Positions 10,319 to 21,384 are shown, numbered from the stretch's first letter. The stretch: 60,492 bases of DNA from an uncultured Burkholderiales bacterium (GCA_964473355.1 CAYYOS010000001.1:1-60492); one strand, 5' to 3'. Notes: a model not told the origin generated them from the letters alone. Numbers and translations: made by a program.

Positions 10319-10525
10319 CTAGTGATGCCGATTACGCGCACCGCCCTTTAATTTGTATAAGGTCCCGCAATAAGGGCAGAGGGCTTCGCCCGTATCTTCT
10401 ATGGGCAAAAAAACCCGGGGGTGCGTGTTCCAAAGGCGCATGGATTTGGTCGGGCAATACAACGGTAAATCATCCCCACTAATGTCGATGAAACGTTCGG
10501 TATTATCGGATTCCGGCGTCTTCAT
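10319..10525 (-). CDS. zinc-finger (zf-CHCC type) small protein
   Basis: 68 aa with C..(x)..H and CPYCG pairs. 4-nt overlap with ilvE. Confidence 0.55.
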   Translation of the reverse strand: MKTPESDNTERFIDISGDDLPLYCPTKSMRLWNTHPRVFLPIEDTGEALCPYCGTLYKLKGGARNRHH

Positions 10526-11460
10526 TTCACGTCCTTAGCATTTACCGGGGTAAGCCAGTTGCGATGTTTTTCGGTTTTGCCGCAGACGCAGTCAAAAAAC
10601 ATGGTCTGTAATTTCGTAGTAATCGGACCGCGGCTGCCATTGCCGATTCTGCGATTGTCGAGCTCGCGTATGGGCGCAACCTCTGCCGCGGTGCCCGTAA
10701 AAAACGCTTCATCTGCGCTATAGACTTCGTCGCGGGTAATGCGTTTTTCTATCACGGGAATGCCACACTCGGCTGCCAGCTCTACGATGGTATCGCGGGT
10801 AATGCCTTCTAGTGCGGAAGTGAGATCCGGCGTATAGAGTTTATTTTTACGCACAATAAAAATATTCTCGCCCGAACCTTCCGCGACGTAACCTTCCACA
10901 TCCAAAAGCAAAGCTTCGTCATAACCATCTTGCTTGGCTTCTTGGTGCGCCAGTATCGAATTAATATAATGTCCGTTGGCTTTGGCTTTGCACATTGTAA
11001 TGTTGACGTGGTGGCGGGTAAATGATGAGGTTTTTACGCGTATGCCTTTTTCCATCGCCTCCGGCCCGAGAAAGGTCCCCCATGGCCAAGCGGCGACGAT
11101 AACATGCACGCTTAAGTTGGTGGCAGATATTCCCATTGCTTCGGCCCCGTAAAAGGCCATGGGGCGAATGTAACCCGCTTCTAAATTGTTTAGCCGGATC
11201 GAGTCAAGCTGTGCGGCGGCAATCGTAGCTTTATCAAAAGGCAATTTCATGCCCATGATATGGGCGGAGCGAAATAGCCTATCGGTGTGCTCTTGCAGCC
11301 GGAAAATAGCGGCACCCTGACTGGTTTTATACGCGCGCACCCCTTCGAAAACCCCCATGCCATAATGCAACGTATGGGTGAGCACGTGGGTGGTTGCATC
11401 CCGCCACGGCACCATTTTTCCATCGTACCAAATCAGACCATCCCGGTCGGCCATCGACAT
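10522..11460 (-). CDS. ilvE: branched-chain amino acid aminotransferase
   Basis: 312 aa. Class IV aminotransferase motifs are present (HYGMGVFEGVRAY, EGSGENIF, ITRDT, FFTGTAAEV). Confidence 0.9.
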   Translation of the reverse strand: MSMADRDGLIWYDGKMVPWRDATTHVLTHTLHYGMGVFEGVRAYKTSQGAAIFRLQEHTDRLFRSAHIMGMKLPFDKATIAAAQLDSIRLNNLEAGYIRPMAFYGAEAMGISATNLSVHVIVAAWPWGTFLGPEAMEKGIRVKTSSFTRHHVNITMCKAKANGHYINSILAHQEAKQDGYDEALLLDVEGYVAEGSGENIFIVRKNKLYTPDLTSALEGITRDTIVELAAECGIPVIEKRITRDEVYSADEAFFTGTAAEVAPIRELDNRRIGNGSRGPITTKLQTMFFDCVCGKTEKHRNWLTPVNAKDVK

Positions 11461-11484
11461 TCGAAACTACCCCCGAAAAAACTC

Positions 11485-14166
11485 TTATTGTAACGTATTT
11501 TCCCAGAGTTTAAGGACTGCCCCGCGGTGCACGTCAGCGAGCGCATAGTCCACCCGCGCATATTTCTGGTCTTGCAAACGTTCTTGATGCTGCCAACGGC
11601 GATACTGGCGATAGGCATCTTGAACTTCGACACAAAGGGTCGAATCGATTAATTTTAAATCCGCCGCGCGCGATAAAAGCGCGAGATTTCCGATATTCTC
11701 AGTAAGTCCTTTGTATTTATGGGCATGCGCCAAGATTAAATATTGCACAATGAATTCCACGTCAACGATGCCGCCTCGGTCATGTTTTATATCAAATAAA
11801 TTGCTGCGGTTCGGATGCTCCGCAAGAATTTTCTCACGCATGTTAGTGACGTCTTGCGCTAAACTGTTGCAATCCCGAGTTTGCGTGAGAATGTCAATCC
11901 GTGTCGCATCGAATGCCGCTTTCAACTTTGGCTCCCCGGCTACCCAGCGGGCGCGGGTTAGTGCTTGGTGTTCCCAGGTCCAGGCCTTATGTTTTTGGTA
12001 GGCGTGAAAAGCATCCACCGAGCTTACCAGCAAGCCACTAACACCGTCCGGCCGCAAACGTAAATCAGTAGGGTATAACACGCCCGCTGACGTAAACGTA
12101 GTCAGCCAAAGATTGATTCGTTGTGCTAGACGAGCATAAACTTCCGGCGCGCGCGGGTCCATATCCTCGTAGATGAAAATCAAATCTAAATCTGAGGCGT
12201 AGCCCAACTCTTTGCTTCCCAGTTTCCCATAAGCAATCACGGCAAAGTTTGGGGCAGGCGTATGTTTGTCGCGCAATTGCGTCCAGCAAAGCTGCAAAAG
12301 TTGATCTAAGATTAAGTCGGCAAGCTCGCTTAACGCATCGCTTAGGGCTTCCAGCGCTAATAGTCCATTTAAATCTTGGATAAATAAGCGAAACACTTGG
12401 GCGTGTTTAAATTCTCGAAAAATATTCATTTGCGCTTCGGTGTCTGTTCCGGCCTGCGCGAGGCGTGCCGCTAATTTTTCGTGTAAGGCGGGCCAGTCGG
12501 GGTAGACCAGATTACGGCTATCCAGCAGTTCGTCTAATAAGATCGGATGCTGCGCAAGATATTGCGTTGCCCAGGCGCTGGCCGCCACCAGCTTTACCAG
12601 CTGCGCAAGCGCCAAGGGGTGCTCGGCGAGCAGCGCCAAATATGCCTCTCGGCGGCCTATGGTCTCGATTAAGGACAGCGCGCGCTGAAGTATTTCGTGC
12701 CCCTGTGGGTAGGACGCTGAAGCCTCCAAAAGATAAGGCACTAATTCGTCCAAGCGTAGCCGGCTGGTATTCGGCAATTGCTCGTAAAGATTGCTATGGC
12801 GCAACCGAGAGAGCTGCGTCGCGACTACCCCCGCCTCTTTATACCCCAATGCCGCTAAACGCGATTCACTGCCAACCTCATCAATCTCCTCCCAGAGCGT
12901 GGCTAAAGGATGTCGCGCATTTTTTTGGCTAGCAAACACCAAATTAAAATGTCGGGTGACGTTTTCCCGGTGGCGATCTAACTCCGCGCGAAATGCCGCG
13001 TATGACCCATAACCCATGGCCTCCGCCACCAGGGACTGGTCCGGTTCCTGAGTCAATAATTGGTGGGTTTGCTTATCTTCACGGTACTGTAATCGATGTT
13101 CCAAATTGCGCAAAAAATTATAAGCGTCGTTGAGCTCCCCCACCGCGTCTTTGGGCAATAGCCCGCGCACCCCCAAAACCGCCAACGTTTCTTGGGTTGC
13201 CTGCGTTTGCAAGGCCGGCTCGCGGCCTCCGCGAATTAGCTGAAATACTTGCGGGACAAATTCAATTTCACGTATGCCACCCGGCCCCAGTTTAATGTTG
13301 TCTTGCAATTCACGGCGGTTCACTTCTGAACGTATTTGCGCATGCAGATCGCGCAAACTTTGTAGCGAACCGAAATCCAAGTATTTGCGAAAAATAAAAG
13401 GCCGCATCAACGTCATTAAAGAACCGGCGTCTTGTCCATAAATCACACGGGCTTTTATCCAGGCATAACGCTCCCATGCGCGTCCTTGCGTCTGATAGTA
13501 ATCTTCCATGCTGGCAAAAGATGTCACCAACTGCCCGGCTTCACCATGGGGCCGTAAACGCGTGTCTACGCGGAAGACAAATCCATGCTCGGTGGCCTCG
13601 TTGAGCATAGCGATGAACGCTTTGGCAAGGTGACTAAAAAATTCGTGATTGCTAATTCGGGCCTTGCCATTAGTCTCACCTTCTTCGGGGTAGCATAAAA
13701 TCAAATCAATATCGGAAGAAACATTGAGCTCACGGCCGCCTAATTTTCCCATGGCGACAATGATCAAAGATTGGGGTAAGTTGGATTCCGCGCCCATGGG
13801 TTGGCCATAGCGCTGAATTAAATCGCGTTCGAGTGGCGGAAGCGCTGTTTCCACCGCCACTTCGGCAAGATCCGTCATGCTTTGCATGACCTCCCCGAGG
13901 TCCGCGAGCTTGTTTAGGTCACGTAGCATCACGCGCAGCAACACCCGTTTTTTAAGCCGCCGCAAAGCTTCTTTAAGCGGCATTTCTCGCTGTAGCGTAT
14001 CCAGGACGGCGCGCATTTCGTCCCTTTGCCACGGCGTGGTGTAACTGCTGAGCAAGATTTCTTGCTCCAGCGGCGCTTGTTCCAGTGCGCTGCGCGCGTA
14101 TTGACTCAAGCGTAACATCCGCGCCAAATGAGGGCATTCCGCGTGTAAAGGGTGTTCAGTTATCAT
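11485..14166 (-). CDS. glnE: bifunctional glutamine synthetase adenylyltransferase / adenylyl-removing enzyme
   Basis: 893 aa with two nucleotidyltransferase halves (GKLGGRELNVSSDIDL and GKLGSKELGYASDLDL). Confidence 0.9.
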   Translation of the reverse strand: MITEHPLHAECPHLARMLRLSQYARSALEQAPLEQEILLSSYTTPWQRDEMRAVLDTLQREMPLKEALRRLKKRVLLRVMLRDLNKLADLGEVMQSMTDLAEVAVETALPPLERDLIQRYGQPMGAESNLPQSLIIVAMGKLGGRELNVSSDIDLILCYPEEGETNGKARISNHEFFSHLAKAFIAMLNEATEHGFVFRVDTRLRPHGEAGQLVTSFASMEDYYQTQGRAWERYAWIKARVIYGQDAGSLMTLMRPFIFRKYLDFGSLQSLRDLHAQIRSEVNRRELQDNIKLGPGGIREIEFVPQVFQLIRGGREPALQTQATQETLAVLGVRGLLPKDAVGELNDAYNFLRNLEHRLQYREDKQTHQLLTQEPDQSLVAEAMGYGSYAAFRAELDRHRENVTRHFNLVFASQKNARHPLATLWEEIDEVGSESRLAALGYKEAGVVATQLSRLRHSNLYEQLPNTSRLRLDELVPYLLEASASYPQGHEILQRALSLIETIGRREAYLALLAEHPLALAQLVKLVAASAWATQYLAQHPILLDELLDSRNLVYPDWPALHEKLAARLAQAGTDTEAQMNIFREFKHAQVFRLFIQDLNGLLALEALSDALSELADLILDQLLQLCWTQLRDKHTPAPNFAVIAYGKLGSKELGYASDLDLIFIYEDMDPRAPEVYARLAQRINLWLTTFTSAGVLYPTDLRLRPDGVSGLLVSSVDAFHAYQKHKAWTWEHQALTRARWVAGEPKLKAAFDATRIDILTQTRDCNSLAQDVTNMREKILAEHPNRSNLFDIKHDRGGIVDVEFIVQYLILAHAHKYKGLTENIGNLALLSRAADLKLIDSTLCVEVQDAYRQYRRWQHQERLQDQKYARVDYALADVHRGAVLKLWENTLQ

Positions 14167-14287
14167 ACGTAGTGATGTAGGGTAGTTGGCGCATAGCTCG
14201 CTTTCTTAAGGGTGCGTAGACGTGCGGTTTCTAGGATAATAGCGGCTGAACGTTCGCGGCGCTACGGCTGACAATGAGGAAGGCAAG

Positions 14288-16255
14288 ATGGCAAATATTC
14301 AATCCGTTCTAACCGAAAACCGGGTTTTTCCGCCAAGCGTGGAATTTACTGAGAGGGCCAATATTTCCGGGTTAGCTCATTACAAAAAGTTGGTGGCAGA
14401 CGCCGAGCGCGATTATGCCGGTTTTTGGAGCCAGCACGCCCGCACCTGGATAGATTGGCATAAACCCTTCAGCCGCGTTTTAGATGAAAGCCAAGCGCCT
14501 TTTTATCGCTGGTTTGATGATGGCGAGCTGAATATATCTTATAACTGCTTGGACCGTCATCTCCCTACCCAAGGAAATAAAACCGCGCTCATATTTGAGG
14601 CGGACGATGGCAAAGTTAGCCGGGTTTCTTATAAGGACCTCTATACCCGTGTCTGCCAATTTGCGAATGGCTTAAAGCTGTTAAAAGTTCGTAAAGGTGA
14701 TCGGGTCATTATTTATATGCCCATGAGCATAGAGGCAATCGTTGCCATGCAAGCTTGTGCGCGCATCGGCGCAATACACTCGGTGGTGTTTGGCGGGTTC
14801 TCCGCCAAAAGCTTAAACGACCGCATCATTGATGCCGGCGCGAAGCTGATTGTTACCGCGAATGAAGGCATGCGCGGCGGTAAGGTCATCGCGCTTAAGG
14901 CTGCCGTTGACGAAGCTTTGGCGATGGGTGGTGCCGGTACGGTAGAGCGCGTCGTCGTTTATCAGCGTACCGCAGGCGAGGTCAAATGGGATGCAGCGCG
15001 TGATATTTGGTGGCATGAATTAATAAATGGCATTGCGGAAACCTGCGAACCGGTATGGCTAAACGCCGAGGACCCGCTTTTTATTCTTTACACTTCAGGC
15101 TCCACCGGCAAGCCTAAAGGCGTGCAGCACAGCAGCGCGGGGTACCTCCTAGGTGCGATCCTCTCCATGAAGTGGGTGTTCGATTATAAACCCGACGATA
15201 TTTTCTGGTGCACGGCGGATGTCGGTTGGATTACCGGGCACACGTATGTGGCATATGGTCCTCTCGCGTTAGGCGCCACCGAATTAATTTTTGAAGGCGT
15301 GCCGACCTTCCCGCATCCCGGTCGCTTTTGGGAGCTCATTCAAAATCATAAGGTCAACACTTTTTATACGGCGCCCACAGCCATACGCAGCTTAATTAAA
15401 GCTGGGGCAGATTTGCCGAATAGTTATGACCTCTCATCGCTACGCTTGCTGGGCACCGTCGGCGAACCCATTAATCCTGAAGCGTGGATGTGGTACTACG
15501 AAACCGTCGGGCGATCTCGTTGTCCGATTGTTGATACCTGGTGGCAAACGGAAACTGGTGGTCATATGATCGCGCCCTTGCCCGGTGCCATCGCGACGAA
15601 GCCGGGTTCGTGTACTATGCCGCTGCCCGGCATAGTCGCCGACATTGTGGATGAAGCCGGTCACCCGGTGGCGTTAGGGCAGGGCGGTTTTTTGGTAATT
15701 AAGCGGCCGTTCCCATCTCAGTTGCGTACGATTTGGGGAGATGCGGAACGCTTTAGAAACACCTACTTCCCGCAAGAACTGGGGGGAAAATATTATCTGG
15801 CGGGCGATTCCGCTCATCGTGATAAAGATGGCTATTTTTGGATTATGGGGCGCATCGATGACGTGTTGAATGTTTCGGGTCATCGGCTGGGTACCATGGA
15901 AATTGAGTCTGCCCTGGTGGCGAATAAGCTGGTCGCGGAAGCCGCGGTAGTTGGCAAACCCCATGACATCAAAGGGGAAGCAATCGTAGCTTTTGTGGTG
16001 CTAAAGGGCGCACGCCCCGAGGGCGAGACGGCGCGGCAAACTGCTGAGACCTTGCGTGCTTGGGTAGCTAAGGAGATCGGCGCGCTCGCCCGGCCCGACG
16101 AAATTCGCTTTGGTGACAATTTACCTAAAACCCGCTCGGGAAAAATTATGCGTCGTTTATTGCGCTCTATCGCCAAAGGCGAGGAAATCACTTCGGATGT
16201 CTCTACCTTGGAGAACCCTGCTATTTTGCAACAATTGCAACAAACCGTTGCCTAA
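14288..16255 (+). CDS. acs: acetyl-CoA synthetase
   Basis: 655 aa. [14 protein letters not shown]-binding motif, WWQTETGG, and SGKIMRR at the C-terminus. Confidence 0.95.
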   Translation: MANIQSVLTENRVFPPSVEFTERANISGLAHYKKLVADAERDYAGFWSQHARTWIDWHKPFSRVLDESQAPFYRWFDDGELNISYNCLDRHLPTQGNKTALIFEADDGKVSRVSYKDLYTRVCQFANGLKLLKVRKGDRVIIYMPMSIEAIVAMQACARIGAIHSVVFGGFSAKSLNDRIIDAGAKLIVTANEGMRGGKVIALKAAVDEALAMGGAGTVERVVVYQRTAGEVKWDAARDIWWHELINGIAETCEPVWLNAEDPLFILYTSGSTGKPKGVQHSSAGYLLGAILSMKWVFDYKPDDIFWCTADVGWITGHTYVAYGPLALGATELIFEGVPTFPHPGRFWELIQNHKVNTFYTAPTAIRSLIKAGADLPNSYDLSSLRLLGTVGEPINPEAWMWYYETVGRSRCPIVDTWWQTETGGHMIAPLPGAIATKPGSCTMPLPGIVADIVDEAGHPVALGQGGFLVIKRPFPSQLRTIWGDAERFRNTYFPQELGGKYYLAGDSAHRDKDGYFWIMGRIDDVLNVSGHRLGTMEIESALVANKLVAEAAVVGKPHDIKGEAIVAFVVLKGARPEGETARQTAETLRAWVAKEIGALARPDEIRFGDNLPKTRSGKIMRRLLRSIAKGEEITSDVSTLENPAILQQLQQTVA

Positions 16256-16364
16256 TCCCTTGCCATTTGCACCGCGCGGTTTTCCCGCGCGCGGCTGCTG
16301 AATCTACGGAGCCGAGCTTATTCCAATTAAAAGGATAGCCCCTTATTTAAAACGACTTCGTCAG

Positions 16365-19300
16365 GTGGCTTGGTGGGCTATCCTGTCCTTGGGCTTTATT
16401 TTCGCGGTCACCGTTTTGTCGTTGCGCTATTGGGTGCTTCCAAATATAGAAAGTTATCGTGTAAACATTGCTAATGCGGCCTCTCGCGCGATGGGACAAA
16501 AGGTAACTATCGAACGCATTAGCGCCAATTGGGAGCGCGCTCGCCCACATCTAAAATTAGGTGGGCTACAAATTTATGATAAGAAAAATCGCCCGGCGCT
16601 GTTTCTGGATAACGTCGAAGCAACGTTGTCCTGGAGCTCATTACTAAAATGGGATTTACGTCTGCGTACCTTTATCGTGCTTAAACCGATATTAAGCGTG
16701 CGCCGTGAAGCCGATGGTTTAATTTACGTGGCCGGTGCGGTCGTTAATGGCCCACCGGGTGAAGATTCTGCATTCGGTGATTGGTTGTTGCGGCAGCGAA
16801 CAATCATCGTAAAGGACGCAGTTATTGAATGGCGCGATGAATTACGCCAAGCACCCGTTTTAAATTTGCATAAGGTCAATTTAAGATTGTTAAACCGCGG
16901 CGGGCGCCACCGCTTCGGCCTAACCGCCAGCCCTCCTCGGGAACTCTCGCGCCCGCTCGATCTTCGCGGCGAACTTTATGGCAAAACCTTAAACGATTTT
17001 TCCAAATGGCGCGGCGCTTTCTACGCAGCATTAGATAGTGCAGATATGGGCGCTTGGGGAAAGTGGTTACCCTATCCGTTTGAGGTTAAGAAAGGTTTAG
17101 GCGGGATACGGTTCTGGTTGGGATTTAACCAAGGAACGATTAACCATGCCGCTGCGAATTTAAGCCTGTTGGATACGGAACTACGAATAAGGCCGGAACT
17201 GCCGACGATGGAAATTGCTAAACTTACTGGCATCCTAGCGTGGCGCGATCTTGTTCCGGGCTTCCAAGTTCAAGTAAAGCAGCTGGTGGTTAGCGGTAAT
17301 AGCTTAACCATGCCGAACAGTAATGCGCAAATTCGCTATGTGCCGGCGCAGAAAAAAATGCTGGGCTCCGGTGAAATCCGGACAACCCACTTATCCCTGC
17401 CACCCTTAGCCACACTCGCCAATTATTTACCCTTAGAAGGGGAAGTCGCTCAGTCCTTGGCAAAACTGGCCTTACAAGGAAGCGTGAGTGATTTTTCGGC
17501 GCAATGGCAAGGAAACTGGCGGGCTCCGCAAGAATTTTCGCTGGTGGGAAAGTTTAACAACCTGGGATTTCGCAGTCTTAAACAATGGCCGGGCGTGACT
17601 AACCTGACAGGAAGCGTCGAAGCAACCGAGAAATCCGGCAGTGTGTTACTGGATTCACGGAATGTAGTGGCACAAGCGCCGGAAATTATGCCCGAACCCT
17701 TGCAGTTTTCGCAGCTAAAAGGCCGGGTTAATTGGACTGGTATGGGGCCCACATTGCAACTTAAAATTCCCCAGCTGGTTTTTGCCAATGGGCACATGGC
17801 AGGGCAAGCCTCGGGCAACTATAGTTCGGTCGCCAATACTTTAGGTAGTATCGATGTTTCCGCCAAACTCACGCGAGCCGATGCGCGCTATGTCTGGCAC
17901 TACCTACCTTTTATGATCCATAAAGATGTGCGTGATTGGGTTAAGAACGGCCTGGTGGGTGGCACATCCAATGACGTGAAACTAGTTATAAAAGGCAATC
18001 TATCGCGCCTACCCTTCGCTGATAAAAAGTCCGGCTTATTTCAAGTAAAAGCGAAGTTTGTAAATGGCATACTCGACTATGGGCCCGGGTGGCCGCGTGC
18101 GGAAAATATAGCGGGCGAGGTGGTTTTAGAAAATGAAAAAATAGACGTTCGCATTGCCTCCGGCCATATCCACAATATGAAGCTTTCCGGTGTGCAAGCC
18201 ACAATTGCAGATCTTGTTCATGGCAACGAAATCTTACTCATTAATGGTGAAGCAAAAGGTGCAAGTAACGATCTTTTGAAATTCATTGTTGCGAGCCCCG
18301 TATCCGAGTGGCTGCAGGGGGCCACCAGTAACATGGCGGCAACTGGCCAGGGCAAGTTATTATTGAAACTCAGCATACCGCTGCGCCATCCGGAAAATCA
18401 TAAAGTGACGGGTAGTTATCAATTTATCGACAACCATCTCCAAGACAGTAAACAAGGCTGGCCCGCACTGGAGCGCTTAACCGGCGTACTTAATTTTTCA
18501 CAAGATCAAGTTTACGCCAAAGATATTCATGCACAGGCGCTGGGCGGGCCTGTGCGCATGAATATTCAGTCGCATGGCAACGACTTGCAAATCGATTTGG
18601 CCGGCATCGCTGATGCGCAACATCTTAGCCGTATCTACGCCCCCAGCGTCCTGCCTTTTGTCCAGGGAAAGGCCGCTTGGCAAGGTCACGTCTCCACGCG
18701 TGCAAATCAAGCCACGATTAAAATTGATTCCGATTTAGTTGGCGTCGCTGTTAACCTGCCGCAGCCCTTGTTTAAGGCCCCCCAAGAAGCATTAGCGATG
18801 AACTGGGAAAGCCTTCCGGCCCCAGCATCGGCCCACACAATGAAATTCAATTACGGCAACCGTATTGCGGGCAATGTGCTCCAGGCTGCCGATAACCGCA
18901 TAGACCGCGGCGTAATACGCTTAGGCGGCGCTGCCATGCCCAGCGAGCAACCGGGTCTTTGGGTTAGCGGCGAAACCCCCTACTTAGATTTAGACGCGTG
19001 GCGGAACGTGGCAAAACGTATGCAAGCGCCCAGTGGAAACGGTCAAACACTAACGGAGCGCACTTCTGTAGCGGGTGCGGACGTGACAATTGCCAGTCTA
19101 GACGTATTTGAACACCGTATTCATAACGTCAAGTTGGAAGCGAAGCAAAAAGACCAAACGTGGTCGGCAAATATTTCCGCGCGCGAGCTCACGGGTGCCA
19201 TAAGCTGGCAGCCGGAAGGCCGCGGTAAAGTAGTGGCTCGGCTTAAAAGTTTTACTTTTCCCGATAGCGATGGCAATAAATCTGCGGCAACAAGTGGCAC

Positions 19301-20147
19301 CGCGACGCTTGCGGAAGATATGCCGGTACTCGATATCACTGCCGAAAATATTATGTACAACAAAAGAAATCTAGGTGCATTGGAAGTTTTAGCGGTGCCT
19401 CAGAGCAAAGATTGGCACATTGAAAAATTTAAGTTGGCTAACGCGGATGGTGTGATACAAGGAAGCGGCGTTTGGCAAGATTGGCAACCGAAATCCTTAA
19501 CCAAAATAGACGTGCTCATCGAAACCGGCGACCTCGGAAAATTTTTAGCCCGCTGGGGACAACCGGATCGATTGGCGAAAGGCAGCGCAAAACTCAGCGG
19601 GCAGCTTTCCTGGGCAGGCGAACCAATTGCGCTGGATTTTCCGTCGTTGTCGGGGGCGCTAAAGCTGGAAGCCAAAAACGGACGTTTTTTAAAAATTGAG
19701 CCTGGCCTCGGTAAACTCATCGGCCTTTTGAGCCTCCAAGCTTTGCCGCGGCGCATTACATTGGATTTTCGTGACGTCTTTAGCGACGGCTTTTCTTTTG
19801 ATTCGATTGCCGCGAATGTCAGCATTCAACGTGGCGTTGCCAGTAGTAACGATTTTAAAATGCAAGGCCCTGCGGCAAAGGTAGCAATGCAAGGCGAGAC
19901 GGATCTCGCCAAAGAAACCCAAAATCTACGGGTAAAAGTCACGCCACTATTAGCAGAAAGTGTGGCCATGGCGGGTACGCTCATCGGCGGGCCCGTCGTA
20001 GGCTTAGCTACGTACGTCGTGCAGAAAGCACTGCAAAACCCCTTTGACCAAATTGCTGCGTACGAATATGGTGTCACGGGAACTTGGGAAGACCCTAAAG
20101 TGGCTAAGATTCCGCGCACCGCGGAGCCAGTTGCACCGGCGCCTTAA
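16365..20147 (+). CDS. yhdP: YhdP-family (AsmA-like) large envelope protein
   Basis: 1260 aa. N-terminal TM anchor, very long beta-rich body, and a C-terminal block (GLLSLQALPRRITLDFRDVFSDGFSFD...YEYGVTGTWEDPKV) typical of YhdP/TIGR02099. The GTG start at 16365 is uncertain. Confidence 0.8.
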   Translation: MAWWAILSLGFIFAVTVLSLRYWVLPNIESYRVNIANAASRAMGQKVTIERISANWERARPHLKLGGLQIYDKKNRPALFLDNVEATLSWSSLLKWDLRLRTFIVLKPILSVRREADGLIYVAGAVVNGPPGEDSAFGDWLLRQRTIIVKDAVIEWRDELRQAPVLNLHKVNLRLLNRGGRHRFGLTASPPRELSRPLDLRGELYGKTLNDFSKWRGAFYAALDSADMGAWGKWLPYPFEVKKGLGGIRFWLGFNQGTINHAAANLSLLDTELRIRPELPTMEIAKLTGILAWRDLVPGFQVQVKQLVVSGNSLTMPNSNAQIRYVPAQKKMLGSGEIRTTHLSLPPLATLANYLPLEGEVAQSLAKLALQGSVSDFSAQWQGNWRAPQEFSLVGKFNNLGFRSLKQWPGVTNLTGSVEATEKSGSVLLDSRNVVAQAPEIMPEPLQFSQLKGRVNWTGMGPTLQLKIPQLVFANGHMAGQASGNYSSVANTLGSIDVSAKLTRADARYVWHYLPFMIHKDVRDWVKNGLVGGTSNDVKLVIKGNLSRLPFADKKSGLFQVKAKFVNGILDYGPGWPRAENIAGEVVLENEKIDVRIASGHIHNMKLSGVQATIADLVHGNEILLINGEAKGASNDLLKFIVASPVSEWLQGATSNMAATGQGKLLLKLSIPLRHPENHKVTGSYQFIDNHLQDSKQGWPALERLTGVLNFSQDQVYAKDIHAQALGGPVRMNIQSHGNDLQIDLAGIADAQHLSRIYAPSVLPFVQGKAAWQGHVSTRANQATIKIDSDLVGVAVNLPQPLFKAPQEALAMNWESLPAPASAHTMKFNYGNRIAGNVLQAADNRIDRGVIRLGGAAMPSEQPGLWVSGETPYLDLDAWRNVAKRMQAPSGNGQTLTERTSVAGADVTIASLDVFEHRIHNVKLEAKQKDQTWSANISARELTGAISWQPEGRGKVVARLKSFTFPDSDGNKSAATSGTATLAEDMPVLDITAENIMYNKRNLGALEVLAVPQSKDWHIEKFKLANADGVIQGSGVWQDWQPKSLTKIDVLIETGDLGKFLARWGQPDRLAKGSAKLSGQLSWAGEPIALDFPSLSGALKLEAKNGRFLKIEPGLGKLIGLLSLQALPRRITLDFRDVFSDGFSFDSIAANVSIQRGVASSNDFKMQGPAAKVAMQGETDLAKETQNLRVKVTPLLAESVAMAGTLIGGPVVGLATYVVQKALQNPFDQIAAYEYGVTGTWEDPKVAKIPRTAEPVAPAP

Positions 20148-20173
20148 GGGTACTTCTACAATCCAAAATCCCC

Positions 20174-20253
20174 GTCATTCCCGCGTAGGCGGGAATCCAC
20201 AATTTTAAAACAGACATTAAATCAGATGCCTTCCCGCTTTCGCTGGAATGACG
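20174..20253. repeat. pair of inverted REP-like repeat copies (MITE-like arrangement)
   Basis: gtcattcccgcgtaggcgggaatcc (20174-20198) and ttcccgctttcgctggaatgacg (20231-20253, opposite orientation), about 30 bp apart, downstream of yhdP. Confidence 0.6.
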
Positions 20254-20284
20254 AATAATCAGCCGTGCCGTTAATGACCACTAC

Positions 20285-20316
20285 AAAAAAAAGCCCGCAG
20301 TACGCGGGCGTTTTTT
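20285..20316. terminator. bidirectional Rho-independent terminator (yhdP / rpmE)
   Basis: aaaaaaaa-gcccgc-agtac-gcgggc-g-tttttt. A 6-bp GC stem flanked by an A-run and a T-run, lying between two convergent genes. Confidence 0.8.
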
Positions 20317-20335
20317 ATAAACACTAAGATTGGCG

Positions 20336-20542
20336 TTATGATTTCATGCCATACTTTTGCCGGAACTTTTCAACCCGACCGGCGGTATCCACAATTTTTT
20401 GTTTGCCCGTGTAGAAAGGGTGGCAATCGGAACACACTTCAACCGTCAAGGCACGACCCAAGGTCGAACGTGTTTGAAATTTATTACCACAACTGCAGGT
20501 AACGGTAATTTCTTCATACTTGGGATGGAGATCTGTTTTCAT
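20336..20542 (-). CDS. rpmE: 50S ribosomal protein L31
   Basis: [20 protein letters not shown]...[13 protein letters not shown]. Start set to the internal ATG at 20542, because the 10-codon extension in the ORF track is not L31-like. Confidence 0.9.
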   Translation of the reverse strand: MKTDLHPKYEEITVTCSCGNKFQTRSTLGRALTVEVCSDCHPFYTGKQKIVDTAGRVEKFRQKYGMKS

Positions 20543-20703
20543 AAAAGCACCAAGAAATAATGTATAACCCATTATTATCCCGCAATTTTTATGTCAAAGC
20601 AAGAAACTTGTGGTTTCGCAAGAACGGCAGCTAGGACGTGAGCTTAGACGATGCTCGCGTTCCGATGAGAGAAGACTGAGCGCAGGATAAGATTTATTTA
20701 GAG

Positions 20704-20746
20704 TCGACATGTCGAAGGTGTACATGTATGATTATACTATGTACAT
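20704..20746. promoter_or_regulatory. candidate operator palindromes upstream of the first TA module
   Basis: Perfect palindromes tcgacatgtcga (20704-20715), tacatgta (20721-20728) and atgtacat (20739-20746). GAGGGGGA is the ribosome-binding site just before the ATG at 20762. Confidence 0.45.
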
Positions 20747-20761
20747 AAGTTGAGGGGGATC

Positions 20762-21004
20762 ATGAAAAAACTAACCCTAACCACTTTGCGCCAACAAATT
20801 TTTCAGATCGCTGACGAAGTTTTGACTACTGGGCAGCCGGTTAGTATTGAACGCAATGGCAAGATCCTGTTGCTCAGTTCGGCAGTCGAATTAAACAAAT
20901 CGAAAAGTTTGAAATTGAAACGTCGAAAACTAATCACGGGTGACGCTGAGTCGCTACCCACAGCAAAGGCATGGGAATGGCGCGAACCGGAAAATCTGCG
21001 CTAA
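20762..21004 (+). CDS. type II antitoxin (Phd/YefM-like)
   Basis: About 80 aa. The MKKLTLTTLRQQIFQIADEVLTTGQPVSIERNGKILLL pattern is typical of Phd/YefM-type antitoxins. Overlaps a PIN gene. Confidence 0.65.
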   Translation: MKKLTLTTLRQQIFQIADEVLTTGQPVSIERNGKILLLSSAVELNKSKSLKLKRRKLITGDAESLPTAKAWEWREPENLR

Positions 21005-21375
21005 TCCACCTGGACACACATATCGTTTGTTGGCTATACGAAGGCCGCGCGGAATTTCTGACCCCGGCGGCATTGCGCGCTATTGAATCGGGCTTGTTGC
21101 AGGTTTCTCCTGTGGTGCAACTAGAACTGACCTATTTACACGAAATTGGCCGCATTAGCCGGGAGGGCGATTATGTTTTGCAGGCGTTGACCAAAGACAT
21201 CGGCCTGAGTGTGGCTGACGTGTCGTTAGCCCAGGTAATAAAAATAGCCGGTGCGCTAACATGGACGCGCGACCCGTTCGATCGCATGATCGTTGCGCAT
21301 GCTATGGTTGCGAATGCGGCACTGGTGAGTAAAGATCGCCTAATCCGAAAGCATTGCGGCAAGGTAATTTGGTAA
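20971..21375 (+). CDS. vapC: PIN-domain toxin (VapC family)
   Basis: LIHLDTHIVCWLYEG N-terminal acidic motif and C-terminal TRDPFDRMIVAHA...LVSKD...I. The exact start is uncertain (ATG at 20971 or 20977). Confidence 0.7.
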   Translation: MGMARTGKSALIHLDTHIVCWLYEGRAEFLTPAALRAIESGLLQVSPVVQLELTYLHEIGRISREGDYVLQALTKDIGLSVADVSLAQVIKIAGALTWTRDPFDRMIVAHAMVANAALVSKDRLIRKHCGKVIW

Positions 21376-21384
21376 TGCGCCGAT

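Noticed and set aside
16277-16299. Hairpin ccgcgcg-gttttcc-cgcgcgg after acs as an intrinsic terminator.
   Set aside because: The stem is plausible but there is no following U-tract. It is left unannotated.
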